Shown here: piece by piece, positions 29,783-41,112 of the stretch
Layout: each line of letters opens with the position of its first letter
Position numbering within the stretch: position 1 is the stretch's first letter
From: an uncultured Holophagales bacterium
Lineage (GTDB): Bacteria; Acidobacteriota; Thermoanaerobaculia; Multivoradales; UBA5704
Assembly: GCA_963842525.1 (NCBI GenBank)
Contig: CAWJGT010000025.1
Location: forward strand, 64,001 to 128,000
Reading direction: 5' to 3'
Length of the DNA stretch: 64,000 bases
Position numbers and translations under genes: made by a program
Notes under the pieces: model-generated
Told to the model about the DNA's origin: nothing
What the model saw: the letters and a program-made list of their open reading frames with translations, nothing else
The model's database searches: none

Positions 29783-30370
29783 ATGAAGCGCTTCTCTTTT
29801 CTGATGATGGTCCTGCCGTTGACCCTGTCTCTCGGCGGCTGCAGCGAATCTCCGTCGGTCGAACGGGTGCGCTGGGAGATCGAGCGGCGCGTCCCTGAGG
29901 CCCGCTTCGAGCGCGAAGAGCACGTCCGCCTCGGCCGGGTCACCCTCGGCTTCCTCAAGACCCTGGTCCGTATGGTCCCGGGCAAGGTCGATGGGCAGGC
30001 GATGCTGACCAGCGTGGACCGGATCGAAGTCTCCACCTACCGGGTGGAGTCCCTGCCGGAGGACTTCGAGCGCCGGGCGCTGGACGACACCCGTTTCGAA
30101 AAGGATCTCGCCCGCTCCGGCTGGAGCCTCTTCGTCCGCGCGAGGGAGAAGGACAACCAGTCCTTGATGTTCCTTCGCAGTGACCGCAGAGGAGCCTTGC
30201 GCAGCCTCTTCGTGGTGGACCTCGACGGCTCCGAGCTTACCCTCGTGCGCCTCGACGGGCACCTCGACCGCGCCTTCGCCGAAGCCGTGGCCGACGATCC
30301 CGGCCACGTCGTCCGGGCGGTCAGCAAGGAGGGGAAGACCGAGCCGGAGGCCCCAAAGACCGTTCCCTGA
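29783..30370 (+). CDS. DUF4252-like lipoprotein
   Basis: Lipobox LGGC; GWSLFVRARE, LVRLDG. Confidence 0.65.
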   Translation: MKRFSFLMMVLPLTLSLGGCSESPSVERVRWEIERRVPEARFEREEHVRLGRVTLGFLKTLVRMVPGKVDGQAMLTSVDRIEVSTYRVESLPEDFERRALDDTRFEKDLARSGWSLFVRAREKDNQSLMFLRSDRRGALRSLFVVDLDGSELTLVRLDGHLDRAFAEAVADDPGHVVRAVSKEGKTEPEAPKTVP

Positions 30371-30389
30371 CCGGCTCGGCGCAGAGGGC

Positions 30390-30617
30390 TCAGCAATTGG
30401 CGCGGATGCGCGTCTCCCGGAGCAACGAGACAATCTCCTCGGCCGTCAGGCCGAGAGGGATCCCTGGCACGTCCAGGGGTGAGCCCTTGCGGCGTACCGG
30501 CGAGATCTCGAACTCGGTGCCGTCTCGCCGCCTGATGCGGACGGCACCCTTGCGCTGCGCCTCGTCGAGCACGGCGCCCAGCTTCTGCCGGGCCTCCGAA
30601 AACGAGTAGACGTTCAT
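30390..30617 (-). CDS. Phd/YefM-type antitoxin
   Basis: YSFSEARQKLGAVLDEA..VRIRRRDG. Confidence 0.8.
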   Translation of the reverse strand: MNVYSFSEARQKLGAVLDEAQRKGAVRIRRRDGTEFEISPVRRKGSPLDVPGIPLGLTAEEIVSLLRETRIRANC

Positions 30618-31057
30618 ATCTCCACCTCCAGGACCTCGACGCCGGCCCGTTCCGCGGCCGCTCGCTGCCCATCGTTCAGCGTCAAGAGGGCCGCCTGGTG
30701 CCGCAGACAGCAGGTGATCGCGTATGCATCGTACGCATAGAGGCCCAGCTCATAGCTGAGCTCGAGCGTCCGGGCCAGGTCGATCTCGCTCAGGTGGATC
30801 GGGATCTCGCGAAAGGCCTCGACAGCCAGCTTCGCCTCGCCTGGAGACAAGCGCCCGCGCTGGAACATCGCGGAGAACGCGTTGCCGAGCTCGGCTGGCA
30901 GGCATGCAGGCGCGAGGAGCTCCGCCTCCTGGGTGATCTGGATTAACGTCGGTCGGTGCGCTTCATGTGTCAGCACCGCCAGGACGGCCGAGGTGTCGAC
31001 GACAATGGGTAATGCGGCGACATCGAGGCAATTGGATAGCTCCAGAGACAGCTTCAT
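30614..31057 (-). CDS. PIN-domain (VapC) toxin (start uncertain)
   Basis: VVDTSA, ELGNA, YAYDAY. Confidence 0.8.
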   Translation of the reverse strand: MKLSLELSNCLDVAALPIVVDTSAVLAVLTHEAHRPTLIQITQEAELLAPACLPAELGNAFSAMFQRGRLSPGEAKLAVEAFREIPIHLSEIDLARTLELSYELGLYAYDAYAITCCLRHQAALLTLNDGQRAAAERAGVEVLEVEI

Positions 31058-31092
31058 CAGGTCTTCTCCCGGTGCGATCGTTGAATGAACGC

Positions 31093-31284
31093 TCATGCGA
31101 TTTCGAGCACCGCCGCCAGGCGCTCGGCCTCCTCTTCGCTCAGGCCCAGGGTAATGCGCAGGTCTTCCGAGCTCGTGCGCCCTCGGGGACTCAGTGCCTC
31201 CGTAGCGGCCAGGATCTGCCGCTGGAGCTCGACCGGGAGCTCCTCCATGCAGTGCAGCCTCGTCTCAACAGTCCTCTCCATCAT
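31093..31284 (-). CDS. Small hypothetical protein
   Basis: AGGAGG RBS before MMERTVETRLHC; 63 aa. Confidence 0.5.
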   Translation of the reverse strand: MMERTVETRLHCMEELPVELQRQILAATEALSPRGRTSSEDLRITLGLSEEEAERLAAVLEIA

Positions 31285-31786
31285 GACGTCCTCCTTTCGT
31301 TTGCCCCGGACAGGGACCAAGGAGCGTGCCAGACCGGCTACTCCTGCGTAAGTGATTGGAGCGACGTGAGTTGGTTGATTCCTGCCGGGCGCCGTCGGGA
31401 GCGTCGTGTCCAGCGATCTGGCGGGGGGTAGGCTCGAAAATGCCCTCAAAGCCCCGAAAAACCTGGCCTGGCGGCCGTGTCCAGCGATTCTGCGGGGGTG
31501 CACAATCTTTTGCGGGGCAAGAAGAATGCGGAGAACACAGGGAAATCCGGCAACCGGATCGGGCCAGGGGTCCGTAAGAGCCCCGCTAATCGAGTGAAAC
31601 CTCCCTCAGGGGGGTGTGCCCGGGACCAGCTCAGGCGGCTCGTAGCGGATCAGGGGCGTGGATTCGGCTTTCCCGGAGCTGCGCGCAGGAGATAGGCGGA
31701 CGCCGACGGCGATCCCCCCGGAGCCCGGCGCCTCCCGGTATAGAATCCCCCTCCGGCCCTGTGCCCTTCGACCCGGAGGAGGCCCC

Positions 31787-33724
31787 ATGATCCCTGTCAA
31801 GCCGCATATCGCCGAGAGAGCCTGGATCAAGAGCCTGGACGAATACCGCGCGATGTACCGCCGGTCGGTCGAGGATCCGGAGGGGTTCTGGCGCGAGCAC
31901 TCCCGGATCGTCGACTGGTTCCATGAGCCCCGCAACATCTTGGACGTGGACATGGACGAGGTCGACTTTTCCTGGTTCTCCGGCGGCCGTCTGAACGCCT
32001 GCTACAACTGCGTCGACCGCCACCTGCCAACCCAGGGCGAGAGGACGGCGATCATCTGGGCCGGCGACGAGCCGGGCGAGTACCGCACGATCTCCTACCG
32101 CGAGGTCAAGCACAACGTCGCCCGCATCGCCAACGTCCTCCTGAGCCTCGGGGTGCGCAAGGGCGACCGGGTCTGTATCTATCTGCCCATGATCCCCGAG
32201 CTGGCCTACACGATGCTCGCCTGCGCCCGCATCGGCGCGGTCCACTCGGTGGTTTTTGCCGGGTTCTCCGCGGAGTCGCTGCGCGGCCGCATCCTCGATG
32301 CCGGCACCAAGGTGGTCGTCACCGCCAACGAAGGGCTGCGCGGCGGCAAGCGCATCCCTCTCAAGCAGACGGTCGACCAGGCGATCGAGGGGCTCGGCGT
32401 GGTCGAGACCGTGCTCGTCGCGCGGCGCACGGACCGTGATGTGCCCATGAAGACCGGCCGCGACCTGTGGCTGCACGAGGAGACGCAGAAGCAGAGGTCG
32501 ACCTGCCCGCTGGAGTGGATGTCCGCGGAGGACCCGCTCTTCATCCTCTATACCTCCGGCTCGACGGGGCGGCCCAAGGGGGTCCTGCACACGACCGCGG
32601 GCTATCTGGTCTACGCCGCGATGACCCACAAGTACATCTTCGACTACCACCCCGGCGACATCTACATGTGCGCCGCCGACGTGGGCTGGATCACCGGCCA
32701 CAGCTACATCGTCTACGGGCCGCTCGCCAACGGCGCGACCACGGTGATGTTCGAGTCGATCCCCACCTACCCGGACGCCGGGCGGTACTGGCGGATCGTC
32801 GACGACCTGGGGGTCAATATTTTCTATACAGCCCCGACGGCGATCCGCGCCATTGCCCGTGCCGGCGATGAGTGGGTGAAGCGCTACCGCCGCGATTCGC
32901 TGCGCATCCTGGGGTCGGTGGGTGAGCCGATCAATCCGGAGGTCTGGATGTGGTACCACGACGTGGTCGGCGAGAGGCGCTGCGCCGTGGTGGACACCTG
33001 GTGGCAGACCGAGACCGGCGGGGTCATGATCACCCCGCTGCCCGGAGCCACGCCCTGCAAGCCGGGGTCGGCCACATTGCCGTTCTTCGGGGTGCGGCCG
33101 GTGCTCGTGGACGAAAAAGGGGGAGAGCTGACCGGCAACGACGTCTCGGGCAACCTCTGCCTGCGCGGCACCTGGCCGGGGCAGGCGCGCACGATCTACG
33201 GCGACCACCGGCGGTTCCGGGAGACCTACTTCTCGCAGTTCCCCGGCCTCTACTTCACGGGCGATGGCTGCCGCCGTGACCAGGACGGCTATTACTGGAT
33301 CACTGGCCGGGTGGACGACGTGCTCAACGTGTCTGGCCACAGACTGGGGACGGCCGAGATCGAGAGCGCCCTGGTGGCGCACGACGCGGTGGCCGAGGCC
33401 GCGGTGGTCGGTTTCCCGCACGACATCAAGGGGACGGGCATCTATGCCTATGTCAACCTCACGCCGGAGTACGAGAGCTGGGGCGAGGAGGAGCTGGTCG
33501 GAGCCTTGAAGGAGCAGGTGCGTTCGGCGATCGGGGCCATTGCCACGCCGGACCGCATCCAGATCGCGGCCGGCCTGCCGAAGACCCGCTCGGGCAAGAT
33601 CATGCGCCGCATCCTGCGCAAGATCGCCGCGGGCGAGTACGGCGAGTTGGGGGACATTTCCACTCTTGCCGATCCCAGTGTGGTCGAAAAGCTGGTGGAG
33701 GACCACCGGACCCGGCACGCCTGA
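31787..33724 (+). CDS. acs: Acetate--CoA ligase
   Basis: [51 protein letters not shown] at 31741. Confidence 0.95.
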   Translation: MIPVKPHIAERAWIKSLDEYRAMYRRSVEDPEGFWREHSRIVDWFHEPRNILDVDMDEVDFSWFSGGRLNACYNCVDRHLPTQGERTAIIWAGDEPGEYRTISYREVKHNVARIANVLLSLGVRKGDRVCIYLPMIPELAYTMLACARIGAVHSVVFAGFSAESLRGRILDAGTKVVVTANEGLRGGKRIPLKQTVDQAIEGLGVVETVLVARRTDRDVPMKTGRDLWLHEETQKQRSTCPLEWMSAEDPLFILYTSGSTGRPKGVLHTTAGYLVYAAMTHKYIFDYHPGDIYMCAADVGWITGHSYIVYGPLANGATTVMFESIPTYPDAGRYWRIVDDLGVNIFYTAPTAIRAIARAGDEWVKRYRRDSLRILGSVGEPINPEVWMWYHDVVGERRCAVVDTWWQTETGGVMITPLPGATPCKPGSATLPFFGVRPVLVDEKGGELTGNDVSGNLCLRGTWPGQARTIYGDHRRFRETYFSQFPGLYFTGDGCRRDQDGYYWITGRVDDVLNVSGHRLGTAEIESALVAHDAVAEAAVVGFPHDIKGTGIYAYVNLTPEYESWGEEELVGALKEQVRSAIGAIATPDRIQIAAGLPKTRSGKIMRRILRKIAAGEYGELGDISTLADPSVVEKLVEDHRTRHA

Positions 33725-33862
33725 ACGGCGCAAACCAAACGGAACCACAACCTCATCCGTAAACCTATTGCATCCTCGCGTCTCGACCGTGGTAGGATTG
33801 TTGTAGTCCTTCGGGTCGAAGTCCCATCTCTCCGGTCAGGTCGCTGACGCGATCCTCTCCTC

Positions 33863-36473
33863 ATGGACTGCTCCGCCGTCTACATCCTGCTTGGGTTCGT
33901 GATCATTTTCGTGGTCCTGGAGGCTCCGCCGCGCCGCCGAGCAGCGCCGCCTGGGGCATGAGGTCCGGCTCGAGATCTCGGGGCTCCTCGCGCGCCTCGG
34001 CCGGCTGGAGGCGCGCCTTGACCTGAGCTGTCTTCTCCCCGGGCAGAGGAGGCTCCAGTGGAGCAGCGCGCGGAGCCACCGCCGGTCGTAGCGGCCCAGC
34101 CGGTCCCTGAGGCACCTGCCGACATCCCGCCGCCCACCTCACTGCCAGAGGCGCTTCCGCCGGTTCCCGAGGAAGCTCCCGCGCCCCTGCCCCCTCGCGA
34201 CCCCGGTGCCGGTGCCGCGGCGGGCCGGCCTGGAGGAGCAGCTCGGAGCGCGGCTTCCGGTGTGGATCGGCTCGATCGCGCTCGCCCTGGCCGGCGCGTT
34301 CCTGGTCAAGTACTCGTTCGAGCGGATGTGGCTCTCGCCGACTGTCCGGGTGGGGTTGGGCGTGCTCTTCGGCCTCGGTCTGCTCGCCAGTGGCGAGGTG
34401 TTGCGCCGCAAGGCGGAGCGGATCTCCCAGGGGCTCTCGGCCGCCGGGATCGCCGACCTGTTCGCCTGCTTCCTGGCCGGAGTCCACCTCTACGGGATCA
34501 TCTCGCCAGGGGTCGGCTTCGCCCTCATGGCGCTGACCACCGCAGTGGCCGTGATCCTCTCGCTTCGCCAGGGGATCATGGTGGCGCTGATCGGGCTGAT
34601 CGGCGGCCTTCTGACGCCGTACCTCGTGCAGACCGGCGAGCCGAACGCCCGCGGCCTGTTCGTCTACCTGCTGCTGCTCCAGGTGGGTCTTCTCACGGTG
34701 GCGCGGCGCCGCGGCTGGCCCTGGATTGCAGGGCTGGCCCTGGGGGGCGGGCTTCTCTGGATGATTGCCTGGCTCGTGGGTCCGTTCGAGCCGCAGGACT
34801 CGCCATGGCTGGGAGGCTTCCTCCTGCTTTCGGTGATCGCTGCGCTGGCCGCAGGGTGGTCCGGTGTGAAGGCCACGGGCCCGCCGGGCTTCCTGCGGAT
34901 GTCGTGGGCGGCGGTTCCCTGCGGCCTGCTCGCTCTGGGCCTGCTTGCCGGCCGGGCAGGCTATACGACGATCGAATGGGCCTTCTTCGGGCTGCTCGCG
35001 GCCGGCACGCTGGTGCTGGCGCGGCTGCGGCCGGAGCTCGAAGGGCTCGCCTGGATCGCCGCCGGGACCGGCGCGGCGCTCCTCGGCGCCTGGGGCTGGG
35101 CGGTCGAAGAGCCGGACATCGACCGTTTCCTCCTCACCGCGTCGGGGCTCGGCGTCCTCTTTGCCGGCGGCTCCTGGCTCGCCCTGCGGGGCTCGGTGCG
35201 GCCGGGCCGCTGGGGCGCGCTCTGCGCCGCCTCCGGCCTCGCGTTCTTCCTGATCGCCTGGGCCTCCACCAACACCGAGCGGGAGATGCGCTGGGGCGCA
35301 TTCGCTCTGGCCCTGGCGGCGCTCTACCTGGTGGCGGCCGTGCCGGTGGCACGCTGGCGGCGGCAGCGGCCGGAGATGGAAGCTGCTCTGGCCGCTCTGG
35401 CAGTGTCGATCACGAGCTTCGTCAGCCTCGCGGTTCCCCTGGAGCTGGACCGCCACTGGTTGACGGTCGCCTGGGCCCTGGAGGTGACGGCGCTGGTCTG
35501 GCTCGCCGGGCGCTTCCGGCTGCCGGTCCTGCGCCACCTCGCCCTCGCGCTGGCCGTCCTCGTCGGGTTCCGGTTGCTGCTGAATGCCTCGATTCTCGAC
35601 TACCCGATCGGCGACCATCCGGTGTTCCATTGGCTCCTCTATGGGTACGGCCTGCCGCTCCTGGCCTTCGCGGCGGCGTCGGCCCTCGCCCGCCGGCAGG
35701 GGGATGGACGCCTGGCCGCTCTGCTCGAAGCGGAAGCCCTGGCCTTCGCCTTCGCCCTGGTGACCCTGGAGGTCCGGCAGATCTACCACCCCGGCCGGCC
35801 CGCGGTCGGCGCGGTGGGGCTGGGCGAGTGGGGGGCCCTGCTCTCCGCCTGGACGGCCCTCGGCGGCGGGCTGCTCGTTGCCAATCGCCAGCGCCGGCTT
35901 CAGACCGTCGAGATCGGAGGGCAGGTCGTGCTGGGCTTGGCGGCGGTGGCGACACTGCTCGGCCCGGTCCTGGCCGCGAACCCTCTGTGGGTACACGCGG
36001 CGGTGGGGGAGACCCCGGTCTTCAACCTCCTCCTCTGGACCTACGGTCTGCCGGCCGTGCTGCTGGCCTTCGCCGCCGCCGAGGTCCGCCGGCATGGGAG
36101 CGCCCGGCTGGCAGGGGCGCTGACCGCCACGGTCCTGGCGCTCGCCTTCATCCTCGTCTCCCTGGAGGTGCGCCAGGCCTTCCAGGGGACCTATCTGGAT
36201 GCCGGCACCACCTCTCTGGCCGAGGGCTATGCCTACTCGGCGGCCTGGATCGTCTTCGGGGTGGCGCTGTTGGTCCTGGGCATCCTGGGGAAGGGGAAAG
36301 CGTTGCGCTACGCCGCGCTGGCGGTCATGCTGCTGGCCGTGGCCAAGGTCTTCCTGTACGACACGTCCAATCTGGCGGGCCTGTACCGCGTATTCTCCTT
36401 CTTCGGCCTGGGAGTGAGCCTGCTGGTTCTCGCCTGGGTCTACCAGAGGTTCGTGTTCCGGGAGAGCGCGTAG
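33863..36473 (+). CDS. DUF2339 multi-pass membrane protein; 5' part frameshifted
   Basis: LEEQLGARLPVWIG..FLVKYSFE, about 20 TM helices, C-terminal KVFLYD..LAGLYRVFSFFGLG. Confidence 0.8.
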
Positions 36474-36484
36474 GATTGTCAGGC

Positions 36485-38419
36485 GTGGTTCGGACCGTCC
36501 GTGTGGTCCTCCCGGCTCTTCTCGGGATGCTGCTCGCCGCGCCCGCCTTCGCCGTCGAAGGGTTCGCCTATGTGCGCGACATCCAGGTGCCCGCCGCGGG
36601 GTGGGTCCGGGTGCCTCTCGACCTGCCGGCGGTCCAGCACATGGCCGCGGGTGGGATGGACCTCCACGTCTTCGGTCCGGAGGGTGCGGAGCGGCCGGTC
36701 TGGGTCGAGCCCCTGCTGCCGGCGAGCGAGCGGCGGCCCGTCGAGGTGGTGGAGGTGCAGCGCGGCGAGGATGGCTGGACGCTGGTCCTCGACGTCGGGG
36801 CCGAGCCCGTTCCGCACGAGCGGCTGTTCTTCGACTTCGTCCGGGCGACCGCAGCTCCGGCGGTGCGCCTGGAGGGGAGCTCCGACGGGGAGAGCTGGCA
36901 GACGCTCGCCGTGGGTGACCTCTTCCGGATCGGCGGGGACAAGGGTCTCCAGAGGTCTTCGCTCTCCTACCCCTCGACACAGGACCGGTATCTGCGCCTT
37001 ACCTGGCCGGAGGAGGCGGGCTTTCCACGAGTTTCCGCCGTGGAGGTCGAGACGATCCGCGGTCCTTCGCTGACTTTCTCCGCCCGCGGGGCGGAATGCC
37101 GGCCGGCGGTGTCCGGAGGAGTCTCCTGCGAGCTTCCGCTGCCGGCGCTCGGCCAGCTCCTGCGCCGGCTCACGGTGACGGTGCAGGGGACCGGAGCCGT
37201 AGGCTACCGTCTCTACACCCCGCACGAGGCCCGCTGGCAGCTCCTCGCCGAGGGGGTCTGGCATCGCGCCGGCGAGGAGACGAGCCATACCGTGGGCGGC
37301 GAAGGGGCGCCGGTCGAGGGAGCCTTCCTCTTCCTGGAGCTGTACGGTGCCGACGTGCCGCCCCGGCTTGCCGGGTACGGCGTCGACCTGGCGGTCCAGA
37401 CCGTGCGGTTCCGCGCCGAGGAGCCCGGCAGCTATGTGCTCGCCTATGGTGGACCGGTCCGCCGGAGTCGCGAGGCCGGCTCCACCACGATGGAAGAGCC
37501 CGTCTCGTGGCTGCAGGCGGGACCGGAGAGGGAACAGGCGCTGCCTCCTCTGCCGGGCGCGGAGGCCGCGCCGGGTGCTCCCCTGGAACGGCGGGCACGG
37601 TTCCGGAGGTCCTGGACGGTCCTGGCGCCGGCCGCGAAGCCCGGAGGTCTCGTCCGGCTGGAGCTGCCGGACCCCGTCTATGGCGCGGCGCGGTCCGATC
37701 TCTCCGATCTGCGGCTGGCTCTCGGCGACCGCCAGCTCCCCTTTTTCCGCTGGTCTCCTCTGGCGCCGGGGCTCGCCGTCCGGGGTCAGGACCTTCAGCC
37801 CCGGCCTCTCCGGAGATCTGCGGAGAGCGAGGTCGAGATCAACCTTCCCGCCGAGGGACTGCCGCTGACCAGCCTGCACCTGACCGTACAGGGTGGTCCT
37901 CTGCGGCGCCCCGTGGGAGTGCGTTACCGGCAGCCGGGTTGGCGCTCCCGGCGGCTCGGCGACGGCCGCGAGCCCCAACCCGTGGACCGGTCGGTCTGGA
38001 GCTGCGAGCCGGAGCCGCCGCTCCCCTGCCTCCAGCAGATTCCGCTGGAAGCATCGCCCTCTCCGTCCCGACTCGTGGCCGTGCGCTTCCACGACGGCGA
38101 CAACCCGCCGCTCTCCGGCCTTGGCGCGACCCTCTGGCGCCGGCGCGACGTGCTCCTCTTCGTCTGGCCCGAGGTGCAGAAGGGGGATGCGGTCCGGCTG
38201 CTGGCGGGCTCCGACCGCCTGGCTGCTCCGGTCTACGACTTCGCGGCCCTCGGCGAGGCGCTCCTCGCGCGCCCCTCGCAGCCGGCCGAGCTGGAGCTGC
38301 AGGGAGCCGCCGCCGAGGAGAATGGAATCGCGTGGGGACCCTGGGTCATGCCGGCCGTCCTGACCCTCGCGGGCATCTTCCTCCTGCTCCTCCTCCGTCG
38401 TATCCTGGCGGAAACCTGA
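36485..38419 (+). CDS. DUF3999-like exported protein with C-terminal TM anchor
   Basis: Signal peptide, DLSDLRL, DGDNPPL, APVYD; follows the DUF2339 gene. Confidence 0.7.
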   Translation: MVRTVRVVLPALLGMLLAAPAFAVEGFAYVRDIQVPAAGWVRVPLDLPAVQHMAAGGMDLHVFGPEGAERPVWVEPLLPASERRPVEVVEVQRGEDGWTLVLDVGAEPVPHERLFFDFVRATAAPAVRLEGSSDGESWQTLAVGDLFRIGGDKGLQRSSLSYPSTQDRYLRLTWPEEAGFPRVSAVEVETIRGPSLTFSARGAECRPAVSGGVSCELPLPALGQLLRRLTVTVQGTGAVGYRLYTPHEARWQLLAEGVWHRAGEETSHTVGGEGAPVEGAFLFLELYGADVPPRLAGYGVDLAVQTVRFRAEEPGSYVLAYGGPVRRSREAGSTTMEEPVSWLQAGPEREQALPPLPGAEAAPGAPLERRARFRRSWTVLAPAAKPGGLVRLELPDPVYGAARSDLSDLRLALGDRQLPFFRWSPLAPGLAVRGQDLQPRPLRRSAESEVEINLPAEGLPLTSLHLTVQGGPLRRPVGVRYRQPGWRSRRLGDGREPQPVDRSVWSCEPEPPLPCLQQIPLEASPSPSRLVAVRFHDGDNPPLSGLGATLWRRRDVLLFVWPEVQKGDAVRLLAGSDRLAAPVYDFAALGEALLARPSQPAELELQGAAAEENGIAWGPWVMPAVLTLAGIFLLLLLRRILAET

Positions 38420-38538
38420 AAGGAACCATTCACCGGTCGCCGGCCACCGCTCACCGATTCTCCCGGGACAGCGCCTGCCGGCTTCCGTAGCCTGGGATCG
38501 TCGGCGGTGCTCCCGCCGCATTCGAAAGGAGACGGACC

Positions 38539-39249
38539 ATGGAAGACCGGAATGAAGCACAGAGCGGATTCCGCCTCACCCCGCGCTTGATGGTGGGGTT
38601 CTTCGTCGCCCTCTTTGGAGGGCTCCTCCTGCTGGACAACCTTGCGCTGGTGGATGCGGGAGACTACTTCCGCTTCTGGCCCCTCGCTCTGATCCTGATC
38701 GGCGTCGCCAAGATCTTTCAGCGGCAGGGTCGGGGCTTCGGGCTGGTCCTGCTGGTCCTCGGCACCTGGCTGCTCCTCGACAACCTGGGCTGGGCCGAGC
38801 TCGATTCGGACGTCTTGATTCCGACGCTGATCCTGCTGCTGGGCCTCAATCTACTCTGGAAGGAGATGACGTGGAGGTCCCGTCATCTCCCGGAGGGCGC
38901 CAATCCTCGGGATGAAGTGAGCTCGTTTGCGATGCTCGGGGGGATCAAGAACATCGTGACCTCGCGGGCCTTCCGCGGCGGCAGCGCCAGCGCGGTCCTG
39001 GGCGGAGTCGAGATCGACCTGCGCCAGGCCGAGCTGGCAGGCGGGCAGGCCATCGTTGACACATTCGCCTGGTGGGGAGGAGTGGAAATCTTCGTGCCGG
39101 AGCACTGGGAGATCGTCTTCAGGGGCGTGCCGATCATGGGAGCCTTCGAGGACAACACGCGGCAGACCCCCGGCGAAGGCTCGCCGCAGCTCGTCATCAC
39201 GGGCCTGGCGATCATGGGCGCAGTGGAAGTCAAGAACGCTCCGAAGTAG
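38539..39249 (+). CDS. LiaF-like membrane protein
   Basis: 4 TM helices (FWPLALILIG) and a C-terminal beta domain GGVEIDLR..GGVEIFVP. Confidence 0.8.
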   Translation: MEDRNEAQSGFRLTPRLMVGFFVALFGGLLLLDNLALVDAGDYFRFWPLALILIGVAKIFQRQGRGFGLVLLVLGTWLLLDNLGWAELDSDVLIPTLILLLGLNLLWKEMTWRSRHLPEGANPRDEVSSFAMLGGIKNIVTSRAFRGGSASAVLGGVEIDLRQAELAGGQAIVDTFAWWGGVEIFVPEHWEIVFRGVPIMGAFEDNTRQTPGEGSPQLVITGLAIMGAVEVKNAPK

Positions 39250-39258
39250 GGGTAGAGC

Positions 39259-40344
39259 ATGCACCCGATCCTCACGCGGGGTGGAAGCCTCGGCCTGTAC
39301 CTGCTCAGTTGGCTGCCGCTGGTGCCCCTGGCCGCGCTGCTGCTCGCCGGAGCCGGAGTCGGCTGGGGGGAGGCGCTGGCCGAGGCCCTCCCCCTGGTCC
39401 TCGTCTACGCCTACCTCTGCCTGGCGTCCTGGTACATCTGCCGGGCGGTGCCTCTGCGGCCCGTCCGGCCCTGGCGGCTGGCGGCAGCGCACGGGCTGGG
39501 GGCGGTGCTGTCGAGCGCCCTCTGGGTCCTGCTCGGCTGGGGATGGGCCGGCGTGCTGGACGAGCTGCCGGCCTTCCAAGGGGCGGGCGAGCGCTACCTG
39601 GCGGCCTCGCCCCGGCTCTACGCTCTGGGAGTGCCGCTCTACCTGCTCTCGGCCGCAGTGCACTACCTGCTCCTGGCCCTGGAGAGCGCCCGCGACGCCG
39701 AACGCCGGGCCCTGGAGCTGCGGGTCCAGGCGCGCGAGGCCGAGCTGCGGGCCCTCAAGGCGCAGATCGATCCGCACTTCCTGTTCAACAGCCTCAACGC
39801 GGCGAGCGCGCTGGTGGGAAGCGATCCGGCGGGAGCGCGGAGGATGGTCCTCCTGCTGGCCGAGCTCCTGCGGCGCAGCCTGCGCCTGGGGCGGATGGAG
39901 AGCATCCCGTTGGGCGAGGAGCTGGCGCACGCCGCGGCCTACCTGGCAGTCGAGCGGGTCCGCTTCGGCGACCGGCTGGATGTCCAGGAAGACGTGGCGG
40001 AGGCGAGCCGCACCTGCCTCGTCCCCGCGCTCATCCTCCAGCCGCTGGTCGAGAATGCGGTCCGGCACGGGATCGCCCAACTCCTGGAGGGAGGAGCGAT
40101 CAGGATCGAGGCACGGCGGTCCGGCAGCCTCCTGCGGCTGGCCGTCGAGAACCCCTGCGACCCGGACCATCCGCCGGCGCGGGGAGAGGGCATCGGGCTT
40201 TCCAATGTCGCCGCCCGCCTGCGCACCCTCCACGGGAGGGAGGCCCGCCTGACGATTGCTCCAAACCCGGGCCGGTTCCGGGTGGAGCTGGAGCTGCCCG
40301 CGGTGGAGGCGCCGCGCGAGGAGACCCCGAGAGATGCCGACTGA
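39259..40344 (+). CDS. LytS/YehU-family sensor histidine kinase
   Basis: LKAQIDPHFLFNSLN, LQPLVENAVRHG, GIGLSNV. Confidence 0.9.
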   Translation: MHPILTRGGSLGLYLLSWLPLVPLAALLLAGAGVGWGEALAEALPLVLVYAYLCLASWYICRAVPLRPVRPWRLAAAHGLGAVLSSALWVLLGWGWAGVLDELPAFQGAGERYLAASPRLYALGVPLYLLSAAVHYLLLALESARDAERRALELRVQAREAELRALKAQIDPHFLFNSLNAASALVGSDPAGARRMVLLLAELLRRSLRLGRMESIPLGEELAHAAAYLAVERVRFGDRLDVQEDVAEASRTCLVPALILQPLVENAVRHGIAQLLEGGAIRIEARRSGSLLRLAVENPCDPDHPPARGEGIGLSNVAARLRTLHGREARLTIAPNPGRFRVELELPAVEAPREETPRDAD

Positions 40345-41086
40345 CGAAGGGAAGCTCCGCGCCGTGATCGTCGACGACGAGGAGTCGGCGCGGGCGCTGC
40401 TGCGCGAATACCTCGGCGAGCACCCGGAGGTCGAGGTCGTGGCCGAATGCGCCAACGGCTTCGAAGCGGTCAAGGCGGTCCAGGACCTCCGTCCCGATCT
40501 GCTGCTGCTCGACATCCAGATGCCCAAGCTGGACGGCTTCGAGGTGCTGGAGCTGCTCGACGAGCGCCCGGCGGTGATCTTCGCGACGGCTTATGACGAA
40601 TACGCGGTCCGCGCCTTCGAGGTCCACGCGGTGGACTACCTGCTCAAGCCGTTCAGCCCCGAGCGGCTGGCCGAGGCGCTGGTGCGCGCCGAAGCGCGGC
40701 GGGCCGGCGGCGAGCCCCAGCCGCTGCGCGAGATTGCGCGCCTGCGCGCGGGGCCGGACCGGCCGCTCGCCCGCATCGTCGTGCGCTCGGAGAGCCGCAT
40801 CCACGTCCTGCCGGTCGACCGCATTGACTATCTGGAGGCGCGCGACGACCAGGTGCGGATCAAGATTGGCGGCGAAGAGCACCTCAAGGCACAGACCCTC
40901 TCGGAGCTGGAGGATCTCCTGGACCCGGCCCGCTTCGTCCGCATCCACCGGTCCTATCTGCTCAACCTGGACCGGCTTGCGCGGCTGGAGCTCTACGCCA
41001 AGGACAGCCACGTGGCGATCCTCACGGACGGGACCAAGCTGCCGGTGAGCCGCTCCGGTTACGCGCGGTTGAAGGAGCTGTTGTGA
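40334..41086 (+). CDS. LytTR response regulator
   Basis: VDDE, LDIQMP, TAYDEY, KP, FVRIHRSY. Confidence 0.92.
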   Translation: MPTDEGKLRAVIVDDEESARALLREYLGEHPEVEVVAECANGFEAVKAVQDLRPDLLLLDIQMPKLDGFEVLELLDERPAVIFATAYDEYAVRAFEVHAVDYLLKPFSPERLAEALVRAEARRAGGEPQPLREIARLRAGPDRPLARIVVRSESRIHVLPVDRIDYLEARDDQVRIKIGGEEHLKAQTLSELEDLLDPARFVRIHRSYLLNLDRLARLELYAKDSHVAILTDGTKLPVSRSGYARLKELL

Positions 41087-41112
41087 GCTGCCCGGTCTGT
41101 TACGCTTGGCCC

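Noticed and set aside
31631-33748. Long antisense ORFs over acs (similarly over accC, rpoD, mutS2 and the MEDS kinase)
   Set aside because: Expected stop-free antisense frames from high GC3 codon bias; no motifs.
33903-38419. Very long ORFs 34058..38419 (+, 1453 aa) and 33903..36980 (-, 1025 aa) as giant proteins
   Set aside because: These are GC-rich shadow frames. The real coding is DUF2339 followed by DUF3999-like; only the first ~50 and last ~645 codons of the 1453-aa frame look protein-like.
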